Shown: in pieces, positions 55,518 to 63,729 of the stretch
Layout of the letters: every line of letters begins with the position of its first letter
How positions within the stretch are numbered: the stretch's first letter is position 1
Made by a program: the position numbers and the translations under genes
The notes under the pieces: generated by a model
What the model was told of the DNA's origin: nothing
The model's database searches: none
Seen by the model: only the letters and a program-made list of their open reading frames with translations
IMG/VR virus record: IMGVR_UViG_3300009177_000720
Length of the DNA: 64,000 nt
Reading direction: 5' to 3' (one strand)
Source: a virus

Positions 55518-56060
55518 TCATTGTATCCTAGACACATACTTGGCAAGTTTATTAGTCTCTCTCCTAATAAAACTGAAGTCCTTGTAGGTCTGTCCTGATA
55601 ACATTTTATCCATATCTGGATCATTCTTTAAAAGCGGCATCAGATCCCCACCATGAGAAGTCTCGATACCTAACAACCACAAACCTTTTGCTTCTTCCTT
55701 GTATCTACTTGGCAATTTACCAGCAGTGCAGATGCCACCATACACAGATAAGAAAGCATCTATCATTGCTGGCTCCCTTAGAATTTCCTCAATCTTCTTA
55801 CCGAAGAAAGAATGAGTTGAGCTAACTCCTACAAACCCTTTCCAAACACCTAGAGACATATCTCTAATAGCTAAGCAGGGTAACCCAGAATTATACCACC
55901 TACAGTAGTCTGGCTCATTAAGCCACTTGCCAGGTGGAAAATTACTTTTATTGTAAAATGCGAGGAAGACTACATTATTCACTCTTATGAATATAACACG
56001 GAATATAAGGCGTAGCCCGAGCTTGTCAAGAGGTATAATTTTTAGGATTAACGATAGCAA
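55518..56060 (-). CDS. hypothetical protein (true start probably near 55970-55985)
   Basis: GKWLNEPD...WKGFVGV...; a predicted promoter at 56002-56029 lies inside the ORF-track N-terminus. Confidence 0.68.
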   Translation of the reverse strand: MLSLILKIIPLDKLGLRLIFRVIFIRVNNVVFLAFYNKSNFPPGKWLNEPDYCRWYNSGLPCLAIRDMSLGVWKGFVGVSSTHSFFGKKIEEILREPAMIDAFLSVYGGICTAGKLPSRYKEEAKGLWLLGIETSHGGDLMPLLKNDPDMDKMLSGQTYKDFSFIRRETNKLAKYVSRIQ

Positions 56061-56082
56061 TAACCCAACTGTCGGTAGACGT

Positions 56083-56571
56083 TCAGGAATACAACATATA
56101 CAGTTTTAATTTGGGAACTTGCCGCACTATCTGTGGATAGTGTTCAGCCACTCTAATGAAAGAGAGTTTGACGCTAGAAGGCAAAGCATCCAATAAAGGT
56201 TGAATAAGATTGGGATGATGACGGAAAATGTAATTATACATATCCTCTAAAAACATTTCTGAATGCTTTCCAAGGAATTCTGCATATCTGGCTAATCTAC
56301 GAATAATCTTCGTACGTTTTGATTTGCCACGACCAGATCTAAAACGATCTAATTGATCGTAGTAGTAATTAATGTGAAGCTTGCCATAATGGCTCTCAAA
56401 GATTAAATCTTGAAACAATTCAAAATCATCTAAGTTATTAGGCGATATGTCTGGATCAAAAAGAAACTGAGTTATGTACGCATAGTACTCAGTTCTGCTT
56501 TGAGAACGACAAAAGGCACCAATATACATTTGATGCCTTTTATGCTCACTTTTAGGAACGTACTCACTCAT
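56083..56571 (-). CDS. hypothetical protein
   Basis: 162 aa; C-terminus VPKLKLYMLYS. Confidence 0.7.
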   Translation of the reverse strand: MSEYVPKSEHKRHQMYIGAFCRSQSRTEYYAYITQFLFDPDISPNNLDDFELFQDLIFESHYGKLHINYYYDQLDRFRSGRGKSKRTKIIRRLARYAEFLGKHSEMFLEDMYNYIFRHHPNLIQPLLDALPSSVKLSFIRVAEHYPQIVRQVPKLKLYMLYS

Positions 56572-58304
56572 TAGCTTGATCGTAAATCAAACGCCCTTCC
56601 GAATGGAGGATTGAAGGAGCTTCCACTTGTAATCAACCAAATTACATCCTTGCCCGGATGTTTCATTTCTGCTACATCTGTATCAAGCAAGTAACCGTCA
56701 GTGATAACAATTAAGAAGTCACAATCACCAATATTCTGTTCATAATCAGTAAAGAACTCAGCGTACTTAGTTCCGCCTCGTCCAAAGATTTTCACTTTAG
56801 CTAACTCTTCAAAATTAGCTTTCTTGATTTTAGTAGCCTTGTCCCAATAGATGGTGGCGTCAGCCGGCACGATAGTGCCTTCAGAGCGCTCGTCTAATGC
56901 AGACAATTGAGAGAGACCAAAAGCCATATCCTCTTTGCTCATAGAGCCGCTGGTATCTAACAAACAACCAAAATGTGCATAATAGTTTTTACGCTTTGGA
57001 ACCAATAGTCCGGTGAACATTGGACGTGTTCTGAATCTGGTCCAATCATTTCGACCATTACCAGCTCTTGCTTTAAGCAATCTGGTTCTAATGATATCCT
57101 GCCAAGTTACCTTAGGAGCAGTTAGTTTACCAAGTTCGTCTTCAAGTGCGCCCGGAACATAACCTGCCATTTTCTTAGCAGCTTCCATAGCGTCAGAGAT
57201 TCTCTTAGCAAGTTTCTCTTCTGACTCCTCAGTGTCCATATGGTCGTCTAATGTAGACCCGAATCCGAAAATGTCGAACCCGCCCCCACATTCGTCACAG
57301 CAACCCTTGCCTTGTCCCGGAGAATTCTGGCCCTGGTCCTGTCCACCCTGTCCCCCTGTCCCCTGGTCCTGTCCCTGATGATTCGGGCAGTTACAAGGTT
57401 GGCCATCACCATGGTCATGTTGATCCTGTTGGTCCTGATCTTGCCCTTGTCCCTTGGACTGTTGCTTATCCTTACCTTTACCTTGGGTGTCGTCTTTGTC
57501 CTGACCTTTACCCTTATTTTTATCCTTACCTTTACCCTTGTTCTGGTTTGGCATCTTATAAATGCCGATACGACCACACTTCGGGCACTTGGGTAGGAGG
57601 TTGTAAAGAAAATCATAAATCTTCTCTGGACGCTTCATCTCCTCATCCAAATCAGGATCTGCATAGTAGAACTTCTGAACTTTTTCTCTACGCTCTAATT
57701 CCTTTAGTTCTTTTGGAGTCAGTTCCCTATCTTCATTAGGAGCTGGCAAATTAACGGAAGGATCTGCTACATCTTCTGCACCAGGCTTCAAATCCTCGAA
57801 TCCCTTGACAGGAGCAAAAGGATTTTTTAACATCTCAGCGTATTGGTTGAGAGTCATGTACTTGCCCAAGTGTTTAGTGAACATATCCTTGGGATCCATT
57901 TTGCGAGCTTTGAAGTCATCCATAACAGTACCATTGACGATAAAGTCAACGGCAATGTTCCAAAGCTTAGGTAACCTTGATCCTCTTCTTTGAGGATGCA
58001 TATAGATGGCGTGCCAAGCTTCGTGACCGCAAATGATGCGCAAACCAATTCTGGATTGTTTGAGAACGAACTTAGGGTTCCAGTAATATCTTTTGCCATC
58101 TGTAGCGGCCGTTGGCATGTTCAAAGTACAAACATGCTCCACCGGATACATTAGACCAAAGATAAGGGGATCTCCACCCATACCGGTTCCAACGTGTTCG
58201 TTGTTATAACGAGTGCCAAGCTCAAGAAATACTTGAGATAATTTCTCTTCCGCCTGGTGCACTAGTTTAGGATCAATTTTACCTATTACTCTGGAAAATT
58301 TCAT
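56571..58304 (-). CDS. DUF2201-type metallopeptidase-like plus VWA-domain protein
   Basis: TAATDG, HEAWH, WNIAVD..VN, MIDAS DTSGSM, RGGT, TDGY. Confidence 0.9.
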   Translation of the reverse strand: MKFSRVIGKIDPKLVHQAEEKLSQVFLELGTRYNNEHVGTGMGGDPLIFGLMYPVEHVCTLNMPTAATDGKRYYWNPKFVLKQSRIGLRIICGHEAWHAIYMHPQRRGSRLPKLWNIAVDFIVNGTVMDDFKARKMDPKDMFTKHLGKYMTLNQYAEMLKNPFAPVKGFEDLKPGAEDVADPSVNLPAPNEDRELTPKELKELERREKVQKFYYADPDLDEEMKRPEKIYDFLYNLLPKCPKCGRIGIYKMPNQNKGKGKDKNKGKGQDKDDTQGKGKDKQQSKGQGQDQDQQDQHDHGDGQPCNCPNHQGQDQGTGGQGGQDQGQNSPGQGKGCCDECGGGFDIFGFGSTLDDHMDTEESEEKLAKRISDAMEAAKKMAGYVPGALEDELGKLTAPKVTWQDIIRTRLLKARAGNGRNDWTRFRTRPMFTGLLVPKRKNYYAHFGCLLDTSGSMSKEDMAFGLSQLSALDERSEGTIVPADATIYWDKATKIKKANFEELAKVKIFGRGGTKYAEFFTDYEQNIGDCDFLIVITDGYLLDTDVAEMKHPGKDVIWLITSGSSFNPPFGRAFDLRSS

Positions 58305-58345
58305 TTAGACTCCAATACTTATATATCCTTTTAGAAATAGGTATT

Positions 58346-59470
58346 TCAGTCGTCAACTTGCTTATTGATCTTATTAAGGACCTGCTCCCAATCTGGGTGC
58401 TCATCTAGATTGAACTTGACGAGACGATCAATCTGAATTTGGCTTCTAACGGCCACCAAAACGTTCTCATAAGAAACCTTCTGTAAGAACTTGCCAACGT
58501 GCTTAATAGATGGCGGGGGCTCGTTTTCATTGGCCTGATCAAGCTGAGTAGCCAATCGAGCACAAGTAATCATGCAGGCAACCAATCTCTTGGTTGGTTC
58601 CAACACGTTGTACTTGGAAGAAACGTCCTTACCTTGATAGACTTCCTCAATCATAGGAAGTAGTTGCTGATAGTGTTCATAGTAGTTAGAGTACTTGATA
58701 CCAGCATCCTTACCAACGCAACCGCAAACCTTCTTATTGAGGAGATTGGTGCTCCAGCCACGCTCTTCACCCTTGTAGAGGATTTCAGAGGCCCTGAACC
58801 AACCACGAGGAGAAGGATCGGCATAACGGTCTTCCGGATCAACTGCACCGAACAAATCCTTTGGATGGTCAGTGATGTAGGCCGTAATAGAAGGATGGAT
58901 GTGTCCAGACTTACCAGCCCACTCCAACCAGGAAGTAGCATCAGCCTCAACCAAATACTTCTCAGCACGGTCAAGTAGTGGCAAGCTAGGTCTTGCGCCG
59001 CCTTCAGAGATTAAGTTACCAGTCATGATAACTGCTTGAAGGTTTTCAAGTTTTCTGCCGTTGATAGAACGGAATTGCGTGAACTCAAGAAGAGGTGCCC
59101 ACAAACTTGGGTCAGCCTTATCTACTTCGTCTAGAAGCGCAACCACCTTCTTCTTGCCTTCAAGCATCGGCTCGTAGAATTGGGGAAGCAAAAAATCAAC
59201 GAATTTCTTCTGTTGAGTAGATGCCATAATGTTTGGATAGCCGCCAAGGTCAACTCTCTCCATAACGGAAAGGTTGATGTAAACCTCGTGCATATCTGCT
59301 TTCTTGATTTCCTGCTTGGAAATTTCGGTCTTACCCGTCCCTCTTCGTCCAAAGATGGCGATATTGCCACCAACTTGGATAGAGGATCCGACGTGTTCCG
59401 ATAAATCCTTCGTATTCAATTTCTCCAGATTGAAATCTGAAGTGGTCATAGTCTGTTGTTGAGTCGCCAT
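58346..59470 (-). CDS. MoxR-like AAA+ ATPase, paralog 2
   Basis: GRRGTGKT, LLDEVDKA, TGN, LLDR, SPRGW; next to the VWA gene. Confidence 0.92.
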   Translation of the reverse strand: MATQQQTMTTSDFNLEKLNTKDLSEHVGSSIQVGGNIAIFGRRGTGKTEISKQEIKKADMHEVYINLSVMERVDLGGYPNIMASTQQKKFVDFLLPQFYEPMLEGKKKVVALLDEVDKADPSLWAPLLEFTQFRSINGRKLENLQAVIMTGNLISEGGARPSLPLLDRAEKYLVEADATSWLEWAGKSGHIHPSITAYITDHPKDLFGAVDPEDRYADPSPRGWFRASEILYKGEERGWSTNLLNKKVCGCVGKDAGIKYSNYYEHYQQLLPMIEEVYQGKDVSSKYNVLEPTKRLVACMITCARLATQLDQANENEPPPSIKHVGKFLQKVSYENVLVAVRSQIQIDRLVKFNLDEHPDWEQVLNKINKQVDD

Positions 59471-59540
59471 ATGTTTTCTCCAATAAGAGGAATCACACAG
59501 CAATATACGAACGAATCAGGCAGAGTCAACGACTAACTAT

Positions 59541-59945
59541 TCAAGAAAATACTACGTAAGTCTTTAATTTTTTGTACAATTTATTTTTGTTAGAAAAATC
59601 GACGGGAAAGGCCGGAATGAAATTATCAGGATTTTTTCCCACTGACCAATTGACATAAAGAAATTCTTTTCCACCAATTGAATAGCCGGAGCTATATCTA
59701 TTGAGAACAACAATGTCTTTACAAGTGAAGACAAAAGATAGATATCTGAATTCACCAGCATCATCAATCCAATGAATTTCAAATATCTCTTTACATTTTC
59801 TACATGTCAAAATTTCTAATTCATAATAAAGATTAGAAATGCCAGCAGGAAAAAATCCATCGTGTTTGAAATCACAATCAGAATTGCAATATAAGCATTT
59901 AGGATCTTCCCTGTCAATCAATTCATGCATCATAATCAATTTCAA
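59541..59945 (-). CDS. hypothetical Zn-ribbon protein
   Basis: CLYC, CRKC; C-terminus KKLKTYVVFS. Confidence 0.7.
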   Translation of the reverse strand: MKLIMMHELIDREDPKCLYCNSDCDFKHDGFFPAGISNLYYELEILTCRKCKEIFEIHWIDDAGEFRYLSFVFTCKDIVVLNRYSSGYSIGGKEFLYVNWSVGKNPDNFIPAFPVDFSNKNKLYKKLKTYVVFS

Positions 59946-60219
59946 ATTCTAGCTGATTGTTTTTATAAGCATCAAGCACTTCTTGGTGCACTGCCCATGG
60001 TTCATGTCCGAAAGACAAAGATCCAGCGGTAAACTGAATTCTTGCAGCTATCTCTGGAGGACACCCCAAAGAAAGCAAAGACTCGGCCAACCACATACCA
60101 GCATACATAACTTCTCGAATAACAGCCATTTTCTTAACTGGCTCTGGAACAAGGTCATCATTGTCAATGATATTGTCCCATCTGGAAATATCTTCATTAG
60201 AAACAGATTCAGGTCTCAT
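59923..60219 (-). CDS. hypothetical protein
   Basis: 98-aa ORF. Confidence 0.68.
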   Translation of the reverse strand: MRPESVSNEDISRWDNIIDNDDLVPEPVKKMAVIREVMYAGMWLAESLLSLGCPPEIAARIQFTAGSLSFGHEPWAVHQEVLDAYKNNQLEFEIDYDA

Positions 60220-61423
60220 TATTTGTCCTAAAGGTAAATCGACTAAATTTTTTCTTTCCTTTTCTAATAGTTAGATCCGTCCCAAATTCAGAACGAGTCA
60301 CTACCAAAAGAGGATTAGAAACCACTTGGTCATTAATAGAAATTCCGTTACCGCTAATAAGATGACGGCCATCTGTTCGAGACTTAGCAAATCCATTTTG
60401 GACCAGTAAGTCTAAAAGCTGAATGCCATCATCGATCTCAACGGCTTCAATAGTTGAGGTATCTTGTTGCTCAAACAAAGCTTCCGCCTGTTTGAGAGCT
60501 TCCTCCGCTAACTCTTTCCCATGAACTATCTTGGTAATTTCAAGTGCTAAACGTTTCTTAGCCGCATTGATATTACCCACGCAATCCATTTCCAATGAAT
60601 TAATCTCATCCATAGAAAGAAATGTTAACATTTTGAAACACTTCAAAACGTCAGCATCAGGTAGGTTGCGCCAGAACTGAAAAAAGTCAAACACAGTTGT
60701 TTTGTTTGGATCTAGCCAAACAGCTCCCTTTTCAGTCTTGCCCATTTTCTGGCCCGCCGAATTGGTCAGCAAAGGAATGGTGAGTCCGAAAACTTCCTTT
60801 CCCTTAACTTTATGAACCAAATCAATACCAGCCAAAATGTTGGACCACTGGTCATCTCCGCCCAACTGAAGGGTGCAATTCTCCCATTCGTTGAGCTTAA
60901 GGAAGTCAGTGGCTTGCATAATCATGTAATTGAATTCCATGAAGGACAAACCATGCTCCATACGAGATTTGAAACATTCCGCCCTCAACATATTGTTAAC
61001 GGAGAAATGAGGTCCAACCATTCGTAGCATCTCTAGAAAGCCAAGTCCGCTAAACCACATCATGTTGTTGATGGAGGTGAAAGCACCTGGCCAATTGAGA
61101 ATCTTATGGATTTGAGTTTCAATGTCCGAAGAATTAACTCGAACATCCGAGAAAGACAGCATCTTTCTCATCTCGCTTTTGCCGGTAGGGTCGCCAATCA
61201 TGGCCGTAGCCCCTCCAATCAAAATTATACAATTGTGCCCGGCTTCGATTAGGCGCTGGGCCGTCACCAACTGCAAAAGATGTCCTACGTGAAGGCTCTC
61301 CGCAGTGGGGTCAAATCCAATGTAAAAGGTAACTTCTCCATCATTGAGAAGGGAACGGATCTTCTCTGTGTTGGTTGTCTGTTTGACCAGCCCACGCAAT
61401 TCTAATTGTTCAAATAATCCCAT
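60209..61423 (-). CDS. tyrS: tyrosyl-tRNA synthetase
   Basis: YIGFDPTAESLHVGH, GDPTGK, QLGGDDQWSN, KMGKT, S4-like C-domain. Confidence 0.97.
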   Translation of the reverse strand: MGLFEQLELRGLVKQTTNTEKIRSLLNDGEVTFYIGFDPTAESLHVGHLLQLVTAQRLIEAGHNCIILIGGATAMIGDPTGKSEMRKMLSFSDVRVNSSDIETQIHKILNWPGAFTSINNMMWFSGLGFLEMLRMVGPHFSVNNMLRAECFKSRMEHGLSFMEFNYMIMQATDFLKLNEWENCTLQLGGDDQWSNILAGIDLVHKVKGKEVFGLTIPLLTNSAGQKMGKTEKGAVWLDPNKTTVFDFFQFWRNLPDADVLKCFKMLTFLSMDEINSLEMDCVGNINAAKKRLALEITKIVHGKELAEEALKQAEALFEQQDTSTIEAVEIDDGIQLLDLLVQNGFAKSRTDGRHLISGNGISINDQVVSNPLLVVTRSEFGTDLTIRKGKKKFSRFTFRTNNET

Positions 61424-61431
61424 GACACATA

Positions 61432-61752
61432 TTACCAACTTACATCAATATAGAGCATTGTCCTTTGAGCATGTTCACTATACGCACTATCTTCATGAAC
61501 TTTAGAGCAAGTAAACCCATCATTAGAAAGTTTTTTTGCCAAAGCCTTAGCAGTCTGAGAATCGCTTAGATTATCATGATAGATCTTAATTGTATAAGAA
61601 CCACTTTTGGCAGCAGATTTTGCTTCTTTAATTACCTGAGCATAGACAGCGTCTACCTTAGTAGAATCATGTCTGTCATTAATTTCGTTAGCTTGGGTAC
61701 GCAATTGCTCCGCCAATGAAGGCTGGCTATACATAGTTCTTGTTCCGCCCAT
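61432..61752 (-). CDS. hypothetical protein
   Basis: 106-aa ORF. Confidence 0.7.
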   Translation of the reverse strand: MGGTRTMYSQPSLAEQLRTQANEINDRHDSTKVDAVYAQVIKEAKSAAKSGSYTIKIYHDNLSDSQTAKALAKKLSNDGFTCSKVHEDSAYSEHAQRTMLYIDVSW

Positions 61753-61755
61753 GAC

Positions 61756-62049
61756 TTACTCCTCATTTGCAATCTTCAATAAAATATCGCCATGACAATC
61801 CAATGGTTTGCAATGACAGCCTAAAATTTTCCCTTTAAGTTCTTTCTTTGCGGCTTCCATTAGTTTGGCGTCAGCACGAATATATTCCTCGTACAATCTA
61901 ATGGCGTCTTCACGGCTGTCAACCGGCCATGGAGCGGCGCCTGGAATGTGGGAGTAAGGGTTACCCCATTTGGAAGGTCTGCCAATATAGACATCATAGG
62001 GTTCGACTTTACAGTGAACTACTCTTGGTACTTTAGGAGTATTAGTCAT
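61756..62049 (-). CDS. DUF4326-family protein
   Basis: YDVYIGRPSKWGNPY, LKGKILGCHCKPLDCHGD. Confidence 0.9.
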   Translation of the reverse strand: MTNTPKVPRVVHCKVEPYDVYIGRPSKWGNPYSHIPGAAPWPVDSREDAIRLYEEYIRADAKLMEAAKKELKGKILGCHCKPLDCHGDILLKIANEE

Positions 62050-62063
62050 TTCTAATCTACAAA

Positions 62064-62088
62064 TAAAAATAGCCCCTTGCGGGGCTTT
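62064..62088 (-). terminator. terminator after the tRNA cluster
   Basis: AGCCCC/GGGGCT hairpin plus U-tract. Confidence 0.8.
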
Positions 62089-62089
62089 G

Positions 62090-62164
62090 TGGCATGCCTG
62101 GAGGGACTCGAACCCACATGAAGCACCTTCGTAGGGTGCTGCCTATCCATTAGACTACAGGCAC
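62090..62164 (-). tRNA. tRNA-Arg(ACG)
   Basis: GCACC-CTACGAA-GGTGC; CCA. Confidence 0.93.
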
Positions 62165-62171
62165 ATAACTT

Positions 62172-62246
62172 TGGCATCCCCAACAGGAATCGAACCTGTA
62201 CTGATTGTTTCGAAGACAATCGTGATATCCTTTTCACTATAGGGAC
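62172..62246 (-). tRNA. tRNA-Arg(UCG)
   Basis: ATTGT-CTTCGAA-ACAAT; CCA. Confidence 0.93.
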
Positions 62247-62251
62247 ATATC

Positions 62252-62328
62252 TGGCGTGCCTGGAGGGATTCGAACCTTCAACCTTCGGTTTCGTAGACCG
62301 ATGCTCTATCCAGTTGAGCTACAGGCAC
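62252..62328 (-). tRNA. tRNA-Arg(ACG)
   Basis: TCGGT-CTACGAA-ACCGA; CCA. Confidence 0.94.
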
Positions 62329-62338
62329 ATAAACTTTC

Positions 62339-62413
62339 TGGCACCGCTGGCAGGATTCGAACCTGCATAATTCTGTTTAGAAGACAGACGCCTATCCCTT
62401 AGACTACAGCGGC
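62339..62413 (-). tRNA. tRNA-Arg(UCU)
   Basis: TCTGT-CTTCTAA-ACAGA; CCA. Confidence 0.93.
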
Positions 62414-62424
62414 ATAAACTTACT

Positions 62425-62501
62425 TGGCATGCTTGGAGGGACTCGAACCCCCAACTTACTGCTTAGAAGGCAGCATTTCTATCCAATTGAATTACAAGCA
62501 C
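62425..62501 (-). tRNA. tRNA-Arg(UCU)
   Basis: GCTGC-CTTCTAA-GCAGT; CCA. Confidence 0.92.
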
Positions 62502-62512
62502 ATAAACTTACT

Positions 62513-62587
62513 TGGCGACCCTACGGGGATTCGAACCCCGATTCTCAGCGTGAGAGGCTGGCGTCCTAACCATTAGACGATAGGGCC
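62513..62587 (-). tRNA. tRNA-Glu(CUC)
   Basis: Loop CTCTCAC; CCA. Confidence 0.93.
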
Positions 62588-62621
62588 AATTGTGTCTTCA
62601 TATATCAAGTTATTACCTGAT

Positions 62622-62696
62622 TGGTGACCCCTGCGGGTATCGATCCCGCTTTGCCAGGGTGAAAACCTGGAGACTTAGCCAGTGGTCGAAGGGGCC
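62622..62696 (-). tRNA. tRNA-Glu(UUC)
   Basis: CCAGG-TTTTCAC-CCTGG; T-loop ATCGATA; CCA. Confidence 0.9.
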
Positions 62697-62699
62697 ATT

Positions 62700-62775
62700 T
62701 GGGGTGTACGACGGGTGCCGCCCCCGCTTTAGCTGATTCACAGTCAGCCATCATTACTGAATGACAACGTACACC
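62700..62775 (-). tRNA. tRNA-His(GUG), G-1 encoded, atypical T-loop
   Basis: GCTGA-CTGTGAA-TCAGC; G-1:C73; T-loop GGCGGCA. Confidence 0.87.
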
Positions 62776-62785
62776 ATAACTTACT

Positions 62786-62862
62786 TGGGGTGATCGGCCG
62801 GATTCGAACCGAGCTTTTCCGGGGTCACAGACCGGAATCATTACCAAATGAAAACGAACACC
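62786..62862 (-). tRNA. tRNA-His(GUG), G-1 encoded
   Basis: Loop CTGTGAC; G-1:C73; CCA. Confidence 0.88.
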
Positions 62863-62899
62863 ATTTAATGGCAATAATAATGCTTAATTAGTAGTAGGT

Positions 62900-62927
62900 A
62901 TTATAACACTGCCTGCGAGGCTGTCAA
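62900..62927 (-). promoter_or_regulatory. sigma70-consensus promoter of the tRNA cluster
   Basis: TTGACA-N16-TATAAT with TGn extension. Confidence 0.85.
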
Positions 62928-62940
62928 ATAAAAACTTTAA

Positions 62941-63729
62941 GTGAGCGAAATTATGTGCTTTAAAAAATTTTGGAATTGGTTAACCGGCAAGTCATCCACC
63001 GCAACTCCTCCGCCAGTAAACCTTGGTCCAGATGGAAATATGTTAATTGTAGTTATTAACAAATCCGCCATTATTTCTAATGATGAAGTTAAATTAATGA
63101 CTTTAGGAGTTGCTAAACAGGCCCGTGAACAGGCCGCCCCTATTTGGGACATGAAGCCTCCAAAGGTAGAGTTTAGAGATTCAGAAGCCGTTACCGAAGC
63201 GAGCGCCTTCAAAATTTTGATTTTTGATGATGCTGATGTGGCTGGTGCTCTTGGCTATCACTCTGATGGTCCTGATGGATTACCATATGGTCGTGTTTTT
63301 GTTAAGATAACTCAGGAACATCACCTCTCCGTTTCGGGAGTTTTGTCCCATGAAGTTCTTGAACTTATGATGGACCCTCAAGCTAATTATTGGGCTGACA
63401 ACTGGCAAGACGGTTTAACCTATGCTTTGGAGGTTGCTGATCCTGTTGAAAGCGACCACTATATCGTTGATGTTGATGGAAAAAGTGTAGAAGTTTCTAA
63501 CTTCGTGCTTCCAGCCTGGTTCGATCCAAATCCTCCAGCCGGCTCAAGATTTGATTGGATGGGCAACCTAAATAAACCATTTGCTATGAATGCTGGTGGT
63601 TATGTTATTGTACGTGACCAAGGAAAAGATAGAACCGTATTTGGAGCTATGTTCCCTGAATGGAAGAAAGAATTAAAACTTAATTCTCCAAGTAGAACCA
63701 AGCGCCGCTGCGATAAGGGAGCCAAGTAA
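62941..63729 (+). CDS. zincin-like putative metalloprotein
   Basis: GALGYH, SHEVLELMMDP, EVADPVE, VSNFVLPAWF. Confidence 0.7.
   Translation: MSEIMCFKKFWNWLTGKSSTATPPPVNLGPDGNMLIVVINKSAIISNDEVKLMTLGVAKQAREQAAPIWDMKPPKVEFRDSEAVTEASAFKILIFDDADVAGALGYHSDGPDGLPYGRVFVKITQEHHLSVSGVLSHEVLELMMDPQANYWADNWQDGLTYALEVADPVESDHYIVDVDGKSVEVSNFVLPAWFDPNPPAGSRFDWMGNLNKPFAMNAGGYVIVRDQGKDRTVFGAMFPEWKKELKLNSPSRTKRRCDKGAK

Noticed and set aside
57300-57545. Possible tandem repeat or CRISPR-like region
   Set aside because: Low-complexity codons of a Gly/Gln/Lys/Asp linker. No repeat-spacer array was seen anywhere in the window.
62052-62874. ORF-track ORFs 62052-62237 and 62605-62874
   Set aside because: They are translations across tRNA genes.
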